Source: Candidatus Latescibacterota bacterium | GTDB lineage: Bacteria > Latescibacterota > UBA2968 > GCA-2709665 | DNA length: 64,000 nucleotides | Assembly: GCA_963667175.2 (NCBI GenBank) | Contig: CAXXXF010000015.1 | Coordinates: 352,001 to 416,000 of the forward strand | Direction of reading: 5' to 3' | Shown here: positions 16,973 through 27,320 of the stretch, one piece after another | Layout of the letters: each line of letters begins with the position of its first letter | Position numbering within the stretch: the first letter of the stretch is position 1 | Made by a program: the position numbers and the translations under genes | The notes under the pieces: generated by a model | What the model saw: only the letters and a program-made list of their open reading frames with translations | The model's database searches: none | What the model was told of the DNA's origin: nothing

Positions 16973-18912
16973 CGTCTACCCTTCTCCCCGCCAACCTACC
17001 CCCTATCCCCCTTCCCGGGGGGAAGGGGGGACTGTCATCGCCTGAAGACGTCTCGCTCTGCTCCCCCTCTCCCTCCGGGAGAGGGGGCCCGCCTGCCGGC
17101 AGGCAGGCCGGGGGGAGAGGTCTGCGTATTGTTTGCCTTTTGCTTCAAGCTGATTGCCGACTGCTGATTGCTTTTCCTCGTGTCTTCGTGTCTCCGTGTG
17201 AGCTGAATGTCGTTCTCTTTCCGTCTCTACCCTTCTCCCCGCCGACCTACCCCCTATCCCCCTTCCCGGGGGGAAGGGGGGACTGTCATCGCTTGTAGAC
17301 GTCTCGCTCTGCTCCCCCTCTCCCCACGGGAGAGGGGGCCCGCCTGCCGGCAGGCAGGCCGGGGGGAGAGGTCTGCGTATTGTTTGCCTTTTGCTTCAAG
17401 CTGACTGCCGACTGCTGATTGCTGGTTTGCTTTTCCTTGTGTCTTCGTGTCTCCGTGTGAGCTGAATATCGTCCTCATTCCGTCTCTACCCTTCTCCCCG
17501 CCAACCTACCCCCTATCCCCCTTCCCGGGGGGAAGGGGGGACTGTCATCGCCTGACGACGTATCGCTCTGCTTCCCCTCTCCCGGGGGGAGAGGTCTGCG
17601 TATTGTTTGCCTTTTGCTTCAAGCTGACCACCGACTGCTGATTGCTGGTTTGCTTTTCTTTGTGTCTTCGTGTCTCCGTGTGAGCTGAATATCGTCCTCA
17701 TTCCGTCTCTACCCTTCTCCCCGCCAACCTACCCCCTATCCCCCTTCCCGGGGGGAAGGGGGGACTGTCATCGCCTGTAGACGTCTCGCTCTGCTCCCCC
17801 TCTCCCCCCGAGAGAGGTCTGCGTATTGTTTGTCTTTTGCTTCAAGCTGATTGCTGACTGCTGATTGCTGGTTTGCTTTTCTTTGTGTCTTCGTGTCTCC
17901 GTGTGAGCTGAATATCGTCCTCATTCCGTCTCTACCCTTCTCCCCGCCAACCTACCCCCTATCCCCCTTCCCGGGGGGAAGGGGGGACTGTCATCGCCTG
18001 AAGACGTCTCGCTCTGCTCCCCCTCTCCCTCCGGGAGAGGGGGTTGGGGGGAGAGGTCTGCGTATTGTTTGCCTTTTGCTTCAAGCTGATTGCTGACTGC
18101 TGATTGCTGGTTTGCTTTTCTTTGTGTCTTCGTGTCTCCGTGTGAGCTGAATATCGTCCTCATTCCGTCTCTACCCTTCTCCCCGCCAACCTACCCCCTA
18201 TCCCCCTTCCCGGGGGGAAGGGGGGACTGTCATCGCTTGTAGACGTCTCGCTCTGCTCCCCCTCTCCCCCCGGGAGAGGGGGCCTGCCTGCCGGCAGGCA
18301 GGGGGGAGAGGTCTGCGTATTGTTTGCCTTTTGCTTCAAGCTGACCACCGACTGCCGACTGCTGGTTTGCTTTTCTTTGTGTCTTCGTGTCTCCGTGTGA
18401 GCTGAATATCGTCCTCATTCCGTCTCTACCCTTCTCCCCGCCAACCTACCCCCTATCCCCCTTCCCGGGGGGAAGGGGGGACTGTCATCGCTTGTAGACG
18501 TCTCGCTCTGCTCCCCCTCTCCCCCCGGGAGAGGGGGCCTGCCTGCCGGCAGGCAGGCCGGGGAAAGAGGTCTGCGTATTGTTTGCCTTTTGCTTCAAGC
18601 TGACTGCTGACTGCTGGTTTGCTTTTCTTTGTGTCTTCGTGTCTCCGTGTGAGCTGAATATCGTCCTCATTCCGTCTCTACCCTTCTACCCGCCGACCTA
18701 CCCCCTATCCTCCTTCCCGGGGGGAAGGGGGGACTGTCATCGCTTGTAGACGTCTCGCTCTGCTCCCCCTCTCCCCCCGGGAGAGTGGGGCCCGCCTGCC
18801 GGCAGGCAGGCAGGGGGGAGAGGTCTGCGTATTGTTTGCCTTTTGCTTCAAGCTGACCACCGACTGCCGACTGCTGACTGCTTTTCCTTGTGTCTTCGTG
18901 TCTCCGTGTGAG
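16973..18912. repeat. Tandem array of 8 composite palindromic units of ~220-260 bp
   Basis: The CTTCCCGGGGGGAAGGG hairpin core recurs near 17011, 17261, 17521, 17744, 17967, 18206, 18461 and 18713, each followed by the same modules. Confidence 0.95.
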
Positions 18913-18929
18913 CCGATTCTCTTTCCACT

Positions 18930-18967
18930 AAAAAAACCGCCGGACCCGAGGCCCGGCGGTTTTTTTT
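18930..18967. terminator. Bidirectional intrinsic terminator
   Basis: AAAAAACCGCCGG-loop-CCGGCGGTTTTTTT just downstream of the 18988 CDS. Confidence 0.85.
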
Positions 18968-18987
18968 CGATACCTGTGCGACTGCGT

Positions 18988-20451
18988 CTACTTGAGCAGC
19001 AGCATCTTCTGGGACAGCGTGGAGGCGCCGGCGTCCACCTTGGCGATGTAGACACCGCTCGCAACGCCGCGTCCCTGGTTGTCCCTGGCGTCCCACTGGA
19101 TCGAGTAGCGGCCCGCGGAGGCGACCTGAGAAACGAGGCGCCGCACCTGCTGGCCCAGGACGTCATAGATGACGACCGTAACGGCGCCCGCCTCGGGCAG
19201 GTCGTAGGAAATCGTGGTGCTGGGGTTGAAGGGGTTCGGATAGACGTTGACCGCAAACTCCGTGGGCAACGGCATCCGGGCGCCCAACAGCACCTCGATC
19301 ACGTTCGACTGCGAGATCGAGCCGTCCAGGTCCACCTGCTCGAGCCGGTAGTACACCCTGTCCGCGCCCGGCAGGTCCTTGTCTTCAAACGTGTAGTTCA
19401 TCAGCGCGTCCGACGTTCCCGCGCCCTGTACGAAGTTGCCGACCGCCTCGAAGGTCTCGCCGTCGACGCTGCGCATGATCCGCCAGCCCGCGTTGTTCGT
19501 CTGCGAGACCGTGGACCAGTTCAGGACCACCCGGTCCGTCTGCAGCGCGCCGTCGAAGGAGGCCAGTTCGGCCGGGTTCAGCTGGGTGAACGTGAACGTC
19601 ACCGGCGCCGTATCCTCGTCGTTCACGGTGGCCTTGACGGTCACCTGAAGGCTGCCGCCGGTCACGCTGAGGACGATCTTGTCCGCCGACACCATCATAT
19701 GGTCGTCGAGATCGAGCGTCCCCCCGTCCTCGTCCATGACGGTCAGCGCGCCCTCGCCCGTCGTGGTCACGGTGTAGGAAATGGTCGGCTCATCTGGCAG
19801 GTTGTCGACGCTGACCGTGACCGAGGCGCTGCCGCCCATGGCGGGAATCTGAATCATATTCCCGCGCATCAGACCGGCGCTCGATCCCACGACGGTGGGG
19901 CCCGTCGGAACCGCGAACGTCACGATGGCTTCCGAGACGTCAAGACTATCCTGCACCTGTGCCGTCAACGCCTCGCCGATACCGATGACCGCGCCCTTCG
20001 CGTGAAAGGAAGCCCCGTCGCCGATAGCAGTCTTCGCAACAAAACTCACGGTGGCCAGATAACCGCTCTCCGGGATGTCGGCCGGCGCCAAAGCCAGCAC
20101 AGCGAACCCATCCTTGGAAATCTGCGGGGAAATTCCCGGGGCCGCCGGGATGATCGCGTCCACGCCGCCGATACTCCAACTGTCCTCAAACATCCCTGCG
20201 TCGGCGAAATTGACTTGAAATCCGGCCGTCTTTTTGCCATCGAAGCCTTCCGCGAACAACTCGACCCTCACCGTATCGCCTGCAGCCGCGGGCGGGTGGG
20301 TATTGCTCTCCTCGTTCACCTTGTCGGCGGACGCGACCGGATTGTAGACGGTATCGACCAGCAGCTTCTTCGCGTCGACGTCACCGACGCCAAAAGCGAC
20401 CAGACAAGCGGCAATCGCAACGATGCCCAGAATCGGTTTAACTCTATACAT
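18988..20451 (-). CDS. Secreted protein with C-terminal FlgD-Ig (T9SS-type sorting-like) domain
   Basis: Signal peptide; VLNWSTVSQTNNAGW, YYRLEQVDLDG and YPNPFNPSTTISYDLP...VASGVY...KMLLLK. Confidence 0.85.
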   Translation of the reverse strand: MYRVKPILGIVAIAACLVAFGVGDVDAKKLLVDTVYNPVASADKVNEESNTHPPAAAGDTVRVELFAEGFDGKKTAGFQVNFADAGMFEDSWSIGGVDAIIPAAPGISPQISKDGFAVLALAPADIPESGYLATVSFVAKTAIGDGASFHAKGAVIGIGEALTAQVQDSLDVSEAIVTFAVPTGPTVVGSSAGLMRGNMIQIPAMGGSASVTVSVDNLPDEPTISYTVTTTGEGALTVMDEDGGTLDLDDHMMVSADKIVLSVTGGSLQVTVKATVNDEDTAPVTFTFTQLNPAELASFDGALQTDRVVLNWSTVSQTNNAGWRIMRSVDGETFEAVGNFVQGAGTSDALMNYTFEDKDLPGADRVYYRLEQVDLDGSISQSNVIEVLLGARMPLPTEFAVNVYPNPFNPSTTISYDLPEAGAVTVVIYDVLGQQVRRLVSQVASAGRYSIQWDARDNQGRGVASGVYIAKVDAGASTLSQKMLLLK

Positions 20452-20567
20452 CTCGCCTCTCCTTCTCGGTGTGTGGTGTGTATCGCTCCAGAATTCAATG
20501 CTCGCTCCAGTAACGAAAACAGAAGTATGGGAGGCGCCCGAAGGAACCTCCCATACCCTTCACCGCA

Positions 20568-21347
20568 TTACTTGAGCAACATCAACCGCTTGGCATCCTG
20601 GAACTTACCGGCAACCGAGACCTGGTAGAAGTAAATTCCACTCGAAACCGATACGCCGCGGTCGTCCATCCCGCTCCACTGCACCGTGTACCGTCCGGGC
20701 GCCTGGCGCTCGCGCACCAGCGTCCGAACCTCCTGGCCCAGCAGGTTGTAGATGCGAAGCACCACGTCCCCGCCTTCAGCCAGGTCGTACGGAATGTTGG
20801 TTTGCGGGTTGAACGGGTTCGGATAGTTCTGATGCAGCGCGAACTCCGTGGGCGTGCTCTGCACGTCCAGCGCGCCCAGCGATACCACCGGGTTCTGCAG
20901 CCGGTCCGCGTCGAACACCACGCCCTGGGCGATCTCGAAGCGGGCGTTGTCGTCGAACTCCCTCAGCACCTTGAACGTGAAGGTCACCAGGGCGCCTTCG
21001 CCGCTCACGGAACCCGACTCCGTAATGACGTTGACAACCGAAATCCGGCCTTCTTCCGGCCAGTTCTTGAACAGCGGCGTCTCGCCGCCTTCGGCCTTCA
21101 GCAGGTCGTTCTCGGCCGGCGCAACGCTGACGAATTCGAACTTGTCCGCGTCATACGCCAGTTCCAGACCGTAGCCGTTCAACGCCCTGGCGTTGGCCAT
21201 GGAAACCGTCAACGAAATCGTCTCGCCGACCAGCACCTTTTCGCTGGTCAGTTCGAGCCTCATCTCCGTATCGGCGTTCACGCCCGGTCGCTGCGGAACC
21301 ACCGCCAGCTTGCTGCCTGCCGGTACCACCGCCGTCTTACCGAACGA
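20568..21347 (-). CDS. C-terminal part (cohesin-like + FlgD-Ig domains) of the frameshifted giant surface protein
   Basis: Frame continues SFGKTAVVPAGSKL straight after the G6 run; GYGLELAYDADKFEF and LHQNYPNPFNPQT; no own signal peptide. Confidence 0.8.
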   Translation of the reverse strand, partial: SFGKTAVVPAGSKLAVVPQRPGVNADTEMRLELTSEKVLVGETISLTVSMANARALNGYGLELAYDADKFEFVSVAPAENDLLKAEGGETPLFKNWPEEGRISVVNVITESGSVSGEGALVTFTFKVLREFDDNARFEIAQGVVFDADRLQNPVVSLGALDVQSTPTEFALHQNYPNPFNPQTNIPYDLAEGGDVVLRIYNLLGQEVRTLVRERQAPGRYTVQWSGMDDRGVSVSSGIYFYQVSVAGKFQDAKRLMLLK

Positions 21348-24300
21348 CCCCCCGCCGCCAATACGAAGTCGGCAAAGTCCACCGTGCCGTCGTCGTCGAC
21401 GTCGGCCTGCGGATTGTAGTTGGCGTCGCCCTTCTGGCTGTTGAAAGCGGCCGCGAAGGCGACGAAGTCTTCAAAGTTCACCTCCAGGTCACCGCCCTGC
21501 GACGGCAGCACGATGAGGTAAACCGGATCGCCGCCGGCGTCCACGAACTTCACGCGGACCGAGATGTCCGCAACCGTGATCGGCTGGGCCCACGCCACGT
21601 TATCGTCGTCGAACGCGCCGATCTGATAGACCAGCGACGTTACGCCGTCCGGCAGGTTGTCGTCGGTGAACTGGGTGGATCCGGGCGACAGCGTGGCGAC
21701 CATCTCGAGGTCGTCGGCAGACGCGCCTCTGTGCACCATGTAGCCCTTCACACCCATGATTGGAACGTTGTAGCCGCGATACGGAATGGAACCCACAACG
21801 CGGTCGTCGGACGAAGCCGTCCAGCGAAGCACCACGCCGCCGGCGCCTTCGCCGGAAGCGTCTGTGACCGCGGCGGGACCGATGTTGTCAACGGCTGCGA
21901 CCGGCTCTTCCGTGACCGTGCGGAGGGACGACAGCACATCGCCCGCGCCGTGGCTCGTCCGGATGTTGGCCGGAACCGCCGCGCTGCCCATCAGCGCGCT
22001 CAGGTCGGGATTCACCGGCGCAAAGATCACGTTCTTCTGATCGCCGATGAGGGCCTTGACGTAGTCTTCCGGCGCGTTGAACTGATTGTTCAGCTCCTCG
22101 TCCGTCAGAAGCTCCGCCTCGGGCATACCCATCAACTGCAGCATCTGCTGGATGCTCTCCTTCGTGAACACGCGCTTGCTGGCCGTGGACGTGGTCGGTC
22201 CGGATTCACCGGCTTCGCTGACCGACGTCACGCCCCAGTTGGTGGCCACGTTGTTGATGGCGGGAACGATCACGGTCTGCATGTCGCCTTCCGGATCGCC
22301 CATCTCGTCGCCGGCGTCGCTAGCGAAGCTGACGCTCGTCCACGCGACCCACTTCTTCACGGGCTCATCGAGTTCAACCACGTTGCCTTCGTCATCCATT
22401 CCCGTGGTCGAGTCGATTTCCCTGAAAATCTGGTAGGCCGTCACGGCGTCGTGCTGCGACGAATTCGGGAAGCTGATGACGACAACGCCGCCTTGGTCGC
22501 CCTTGCCGTCCGCGCCCATGTAGTCCTGCACCACCACGTTCGCTACCGCGGCAGGCGCGCCCGGATCCGGGCCGTCGCCGTCTTCGCTCACGAAGTTCAC
22601 CGTCACGCTGCCCGTGAAGGCGCCCGTCTCATCTTTACCATCTTTACCGACGTTTACGTAGTCTTCCTTAACCGTCGTCACGGTGATCAACGCGCTGCCG
22701 TCGATATCGGCCGCCACCGCGCCGAAATCGGTCCCGCCGGCCTTGACGTTCTGCGTCCCGGAGGGCACGGTCACCGCGGCGTTGGCGGTGCTGAATTCAA
22801 CGGCCAATTCGTCGTACGTCTTCGAATCGACGGTATTGTCGATCTTCATACTCGGGTTGCCGAATGCATCGGTGGGCAACACGTTGAGCGTGAAGGCGCC
22901 GGCCACGTTGGTGTCGGAAACCTGACCCTCGCTGGCCGTCACCACGAACTTGGATACCTCAGCGACGTCCACGGCCACCGGAGACAGCGTGGCGCTGGTG
23001 CGAATCGTATACGCGCCGGTGGCGGGATCAATGCTGCCTTCGGCCACCATCACCTTGACGTTTTTAAGCGGCTTTTCCGACTTGAACTTCACGTCGCGCT
23101 GACCCGCCGCCCAGTCGTCCGCGCTCAGGATGGCGCCCTTCGCAACCATGCCCGCCGCCGCAAGGTCCGCGGGAAGCGCGAACGCCGGCGCGTCGGACAC
23201 GCCCGTGCCGCCGAAGGACACGCCCGCGAGCGCGTCGGCCTGGTCCGCGGATACGATCACGCCCAGAGCCACCGCCTGGCGATAGGTCACCGCGCGCACG
23301 TCCTTCCCCTCGGTGCGCGTCAGCGTGGTGTCGATCACCGAGACGTTCATGGTGAAGTCCACGCCGGCAACGACCTTGCCTTTCTGGTCCGGACTGTCCG
23401 CAATCTTGAACTTGTCGGCGTCCGGGTTCATGAAGCCCTTCCGGAACGTCAGCCGGCCGCCGTCGTGCGCCACGGCGTTGCCCGCGAGGTCGATCGCCAG
23501 AATCTGCAGATCATACCCCTGCTTCTCCAAAAACGTGGTGTCGTTCACCGGCCAGGACATCAGTTCGCCCGTGGTCTCCAGGCGCACGTTGCCCTTACCC
23601 CACGCCTGCACCATGGCCTTGCCGCCGCCGACCTCTACATAGCGAACCGAGAGCGAATCCAACTCCTCGTCGATGCTGAAGACCGGATCCTTCGAATCCA
23701 GCGTAATCGTCGGCTTATCCTGGTTGGTGGCGTCCTTCGGCGCGTCATCGGCACTCGGGAACAGACTCCCGATCACCGGCGCCTTCTCGTCGTACCAGAT
23801 GTCCTTGAGGGTCATCGTGGATTTGTTCCCGAGGCTGTCCCAGACCTCGATCTTCAGGTCTTTCTTCACGCCGCCCGCTTTGGCGTACACCCACGGGAGC
23901 TCGAGCGTGGCAACGCTATCGTTCCCGGTAGGAGTCGTAGGCACGTCATCACTAGGATCTGCGGGGGTGTTGGCAGTGTCGACCAAATGATCGCCGAAAC
24001 CCGCCGTGCTGTCGCCGTGCGTGATCATGATCGAATCCGGTTCTTCACTCAGCCCGAAATTGAGCGGGTTCAACTTCCGCTTCAACTGTACGCCGCTCGC
24101 GTCACCCGGTATCAACTTGTACTTTGCAAGTGTCTGCGTGAGATCCGCCGAGATCCGATCCTCCATGCTGTCCGGAATCGGATATTTCATCGTGATCTTC
24201 GGCAGGTTCCCATCCACGATCTGGAACAAGTTGGGGCTGGTTCCGATTGTTACGGGAGCGTCGACCCATTTTCCGGTCTCGCCGTCAGGATCGCCCGCCG

Positions 24301-25273
24301 GGGCTTCGATATCGGACGCAGCCGCTTCATTGGCGGTCGTGCCACCCCGATTACCGGCGGCGTCCACCAGATTCGCGAGAATCCGAACCCGCTCGTTATC
24401 CGCGAAAACGCCCGCCTCGAGTTTCCGGGAAACGCTGTTGTTCGGGGTGGTTAACGCGTCGCCCGTAAGATCGAAACTGATGGGCGCCGTGGAGAACGCC
24501 GAGTCCGTTTCCACAACCGCGATTTCGATTTTATTTGCCCTGGCGGTCAATACGTTCGTGACGGAATGCACCATGTCGATTTTGATTACGTCGCCGTTCA
24601 CGATCCTCACCTCATTGATCATTCCCTCCGAGGTCGTATCGGTGGCCAGTGCTTTCGTATCGAGCAGAAGACTCGTAAAGACCTCACCATTAACAGGACG
24701 ATTGGTATCGATGCCGAATAATTTGCCGTCGCCCACGCGGCTGGCGCCGAATCCCGAGGATGCCGGAGCGATCTTCTTGTTCGTCATCAGGTTGTTCAAC
24801 GGGGTGTCGGTAGTGACACCAGGATTCTTATCGACCACAACCTTGACCGAATGATTGGTGAGCGACTCGAAATTATCGTCGGCGGCAAGATTTAACGTGA
24901 TCTTGAACGTATCGATTCCTGACGTGGAAGCTCCGTTTCCAAAAGAGGATCGATCTGGAGATTGTGTGTCGCTACCGTCGGCATCTACTTCGTATAGTTT
25001 GTACCGATCCGTAGCGTTAGCGATCGCGTCGGCGTCAGTTTCGGAAGAATCGGCAAGTATTACGCTAAAATTGGTTGTGCCGAAAGTACCCGAATAGCAC
25101 AGGATCGTGATCTCGATCGAATCGCCAATTGCCGCCCAGGTGTTGGCGGCCGGTTTATCGACGCGAATGAGAATTCCCTGCGTGGCGGCCACGTCCTGGG
25201 CCGAGGCCACGCCAACCACTCCAACCACCAGCAGAAACGCCAAACCAATGCTTGAAACCGTTTTTAACTGCAT
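21278..25273 (-). CDS. Giant acidic secreted surface (S-layer-like) protein with paired EF-hand domain; frameshift at 21348-21353
   Basis: AAGGAGG RBS, signal peptide MQLKTVSSIGLAFLLVVGVVGVASA, D/T/A/G-rich beta domains, VNFEDFVAFAAAF...DVDDDGTVDFADF. Confidence 0.8.
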   Translation of the reverse strand: MQLKTVSSIGLAFLLVVGVVGVASAQDVAATQGILIRVDKPAANTWAAIGDSIEITILCYSGTFGTTNFSVILADSSETDADAIANATDRYKLYEVDADGSDTQSPDRSSFGNGASTSGIDTFKITLNLAADDNFESLTNHSVKVVVDKNPGVTTDTPLNNLMTNKKIAPASSGFGASRVGDGKLFGIDTNRPVNGEVFTSLLLDTKALATDTTSEGMINEVRIVNGDVIKIDMVHSVTNVLTARANKIEIAVVETDSAFSTAPISFDLTGDALTTPNNSVSRKLEAGVFADNERVRILANLVDAAGNRGGTTANEAAASDIEAPAGDPDGETGKWVDAPVTIGTSPNLFQIVDGNLPKITMKYPIPDSMEDRISADLTQTLAKYKLIPGDASGVQLKRKLNPLNFGLSEEPDSIMITHGDSTAGFGDHLVDTANTPADPSDDVPTTPTGNDSVATLELPWVYAKAGGVKKDLKIEVWDSLGNKSTMTLKDIWYDEKAPVIGSLFPSADDAPKDATNQDKPTITLDSKDPVFSIDEELDSLSVRYVEVGGGKAMVQAWGKGNVRLETTGELMSWPVNDTTFLEKQGYDLQILAIDLAGNAVAHDGGRLTFRKGFMNPDADKFKIADSPDQKGKVVAGVDFTMNVSVIDTTLTRTEGKDVRAVTYRQAVALGVIVSADQADALAGVSFGGTGVSDAPAFALPADLAAAGMVAKGAILSADDWAAGQRDVKFKSEKPLKNVKVMVAEGSIDPATGAYTIRTSATLSPVAVDVAEVSKFVVTASEGQVSDTNVAGAFTLNVLPTDAFGNPSMKIDNTVDSKTYDELAVEFSTANAAVTVPSGTQNVKAGGTDFGAVAADIDGSALITVTTVKEDYVNVGKDGKDETGAFTGSVTVNFVSEDGDGPDPGAPAAVANVVVQDYMGADGKGDQGGVVVISFPNSSQHDAVTAYQIFREIDSTTGMDDEGNVVELDEPVKKWVAWTSVSFASDAGDEMGDPEGDMQTVIVPAINNVATNWGVTSVSEAGESGPTTSTASKRVFTKESIQQMLQLMGMPEAELLTDEELNNQFNAPEDYVKALIGDQKNVIFAPVNPDLSALMGSAAVPANIRTSHGAGDVLSSLRTVTEEPVAAVDNIGPAAVTDASGEGAGGVVLRWTASSDDRVVGSIPYRGYNVPIMGVKGYMVHRGASADDLEMVATLSPGSTQFTDDNLPDGVTSLVYQIGAFDDDNVAWAQPITVADISVRVKFVDAGGDPVYLIVLPSQGGDLEVNFEDFVAFAAAFNSQKGDANYNPQADVDDDGTVDFADFVLAAGGRSVRRRWYRQAASWRWFRSDRA

Positions 25274-25703
25274 TACCAACCTCCTTGTGAAACAGGACGC
25301 TTCGAAAAACCTGCGGTAAACCTGCCTTGCTGCGCCTTGAAGCCACTTCTTGAACCCCCGATGAACCCCCGGCGGGGGGTGCCGGTAGTCGGAAGCAATG
25401 TGGAATTTGGCTGAAATGGCGTTCCTCCCTTCGTTTGGAAAATGTCTGAAATGCCTGGCCTGCAACCGCTTATTGTGACTATCGATATTGGTTGAACCTT
25501 TGTTGGCGCTCGGTCCAGTTACACCTCCTTTTACATGCACAAAAGCCACCCCCTCGTCTCCCGCCTTCAAGAGATAGCACGATCGATTCGTCATTATGGT
25601 GTTTTGAGGTTCCAACAACCCGGTTCCGATAGTCGATGAAAACAGCCGTGAATTGGGCCGATTTCGCTGTTTACACGCACATTATGCGGCAAACAGGTCC
25701 CTA

Positions 25704-25732
25704 AGTATACGCAACACGAAACAGGCTGTCAA
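25704..25732 (-). promoter_or_regulatory. Sigma70-type promoter of the giant surface protein gene
   Basis: TTGACA-17 nt-TATACT on the minus strand. Confidence 0.75.
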
Positions 25733-25833
25733 GTGTTTTTTGTACTTTATTCTTCGTGTAAAATCCAGAGTGCCGAATGGCCCCAAACCCCTGTAAATTA
25801 CGGCGCTTTCGCGCCTCGCGCAACCACAAACGA

Positions 25834-25965
25834 TCAGGATTCTCAGGATGGAACAGGATAGATCAGGGTGAAAAGCGGATCAGGATTCTCAGGATGAAAA
25901 GATGAACGGGATGAAAACCTGAAAGGCGAGACCTGCATGGATGAACGGGATGAACAGGATGAAAA
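25834..25965. repeat. ATCAGGATTCTCAGGATG / GGATGAACA 9-mer repeat cluster
   Basis: The same module occurs in every spacer of the 26.1-27.7 kb gene array. Confidence 0.8.
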
Positions 25966-26149
25966 ATCAAGCAAGCAGGTCAAAAGCCCCCATTCGCAGG
26001 ATCAGGTCGATGAGTCCGTATCCCTGTCGTCCGCCCATCGTCACGCTGAACAATCCGATCCAGAAACCGCAACTTACTATGGATGGATACACGGGATGAG
26101 AACCGAAAAGCGCGAGAAAAGGTCGAGAGAACGAACGACGGCATCGAGG

Positions 26150-26422
26150 TTAGAGTTTGACGAGAATGAGCGTGCCGAGCGCAACCAGCGTGGTAAACTG
26201 GATGCCGATCATCCAGCGGAACACGCTATCGACGCGCGCGTTCACGTCCCGGAATCCGGTATCCATGCGCGCGTTGATTTCGCGGAAACCCTGATCGACG
26301 CGGGTTTCCAGGTTGCCCATACGGGTTTCCAGGCTTGCCATGCGCTGGCTCAGTTGTTCGACGGTTCCCTCGACGCGAGAAAGCCGGGCGTCGAAATCGT
26401 CGGCGGGCGTTGCGATCTGCAC
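26150..26422 (-). CDS. Small coiled-coil protein with C-terminal TM helix (DUF1640/CCDC90-like), copy A
   Basis: GGATAGGAG RBS then GTG; coiled coil followed by WMIGIQFTTLVALGTLILVKL. Confidence 0.75.
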   Translation of the reverse strand: MQIATPADDFDARLSRVEGTVEQLSQRMASLETRMGNLETRVDQGFREINARMDTGFRDVNARVDSVFRWMIGIQFTTLVALGTLILVKL

Positions 26423-26533
26423 TGCGGGGCTCCTATCCCCTTCAATTCGCAAACCGGATCAGGATTCTCAGGATGAAGGGATGAACAGGATGAAAACCGA
26501 AAAGGCGCGAGAGAACGAACGACGGCGCCGGTG

Positions 26534-26872
26534 TTAGAGTCTGGCGAGAATGAGCGTGCCGAGCGCAACCAGCGTGGTGATCTGGATGCCGATAATCCAG
26601 CGGAACACGCTATCGACGCGCGCGTTCACGTCCCGGAATCCGGTATCCATGCGCGCGTTCACGTCCCGGAATCCGGCATCCATGCGCGCATTCACGTCCC
26701 GGAATCCGGCATCCATACGCGCGTTCACGGCCCGGAATCCGGCATCCACGCGGACTTCCAGGTTGCTCATGCGGATTTCCAGGCTGCTCATCCGCTGGCC
26801 AAGCTGCTCAACGGCGCCATCGAGGCGAGAAAGCCGGGCGTCGAAATCGTCGGCGGGCGTTGCGATCTGCAC
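26534..26872 (-). CDS. Small coiled-coil TM protein, copy B
   Basis: Paralog with four 11-aa DAGFRDVNARM-type repeats. Confidence 0.75.
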   Translation of the reverse strand: MQIATPADDFDARLSRLDGAVEQLGQRMSSLEIRMSNLEVRVDAGFRAVNARMDAGFRDVNARMDAGFRDVNARMDTGFRDVNARVDSVFRWIIGIQITTLVALGTLILARL

Positions 26873-26965
26873 TGCGGGGCTCCTATCCCCTTCAATTCGC
26901 AAACCGGATCAGGATTCTCAGGATGAAAACCGAAAAGGCCGAGAGAACGAACGACGGCGCCGGTG

Positions 26966-27205
26966 TTAGAGTCTGGCGAGAATGAGCGTGCCAAGCGCAA
27001 CCAGCGTGGTGATCTGGATACCGATCATCCAGCGGAATACGCTATCGACGCGCGCGTTCACGTCCCGGAATCCGGCATCCATGCGGACTTCCAGGTTGCT
27101 CATGCGGATTTCCAGGCTGCTCATCCGCTGGCCAAGCTGCTCAACGGCGCCATCGAGGCGAGAAAGCCTGGCGTCGAAATCGTCGGCGGGTGTTCCGGTC
27201 TGCAC
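26966..27205 (-). CDS. Small coiled-coil TM protein, copy C
   Basis: Paralog with one 11-aa repeat. Confidence 0.75.
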   Translation of the reverse strand: MQTGTPADDFDARLSRLDGAVEQLGQRMSSLEIRMSNLEVRMDAGFRDVNARVDSVFRWMIGIQITTLVALGTLILARL

Positions 27206-27320
27206 TGCGGCGCTCCTATCCCCTCAATTCGCAAACCGGATCAGGATTCTCAGGATGAAGGGATGAACAGGATGAAAACCGAAAAGCGCGAGAAAACGAA
27301 CGACGGCGCCCAGTGGGGGC

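Noticed and set aside
16919-18670. Many 60-80 aa ORFs (MRTIFSSHGDTKTQ..., PACRQAG...), also at 4.1-4.8, 28.3-30.3 and 52.2 kb
   Set aside because: They are translations of repeat DNA, open on both strands, without RBS and with frames broken between copies.
16973-18912. CRISPR array interpretation of the tandem repeats
   Set aside because: Units are 220-260 bp and near-identical throughout, with no unique spacers and no cas genes in the window.
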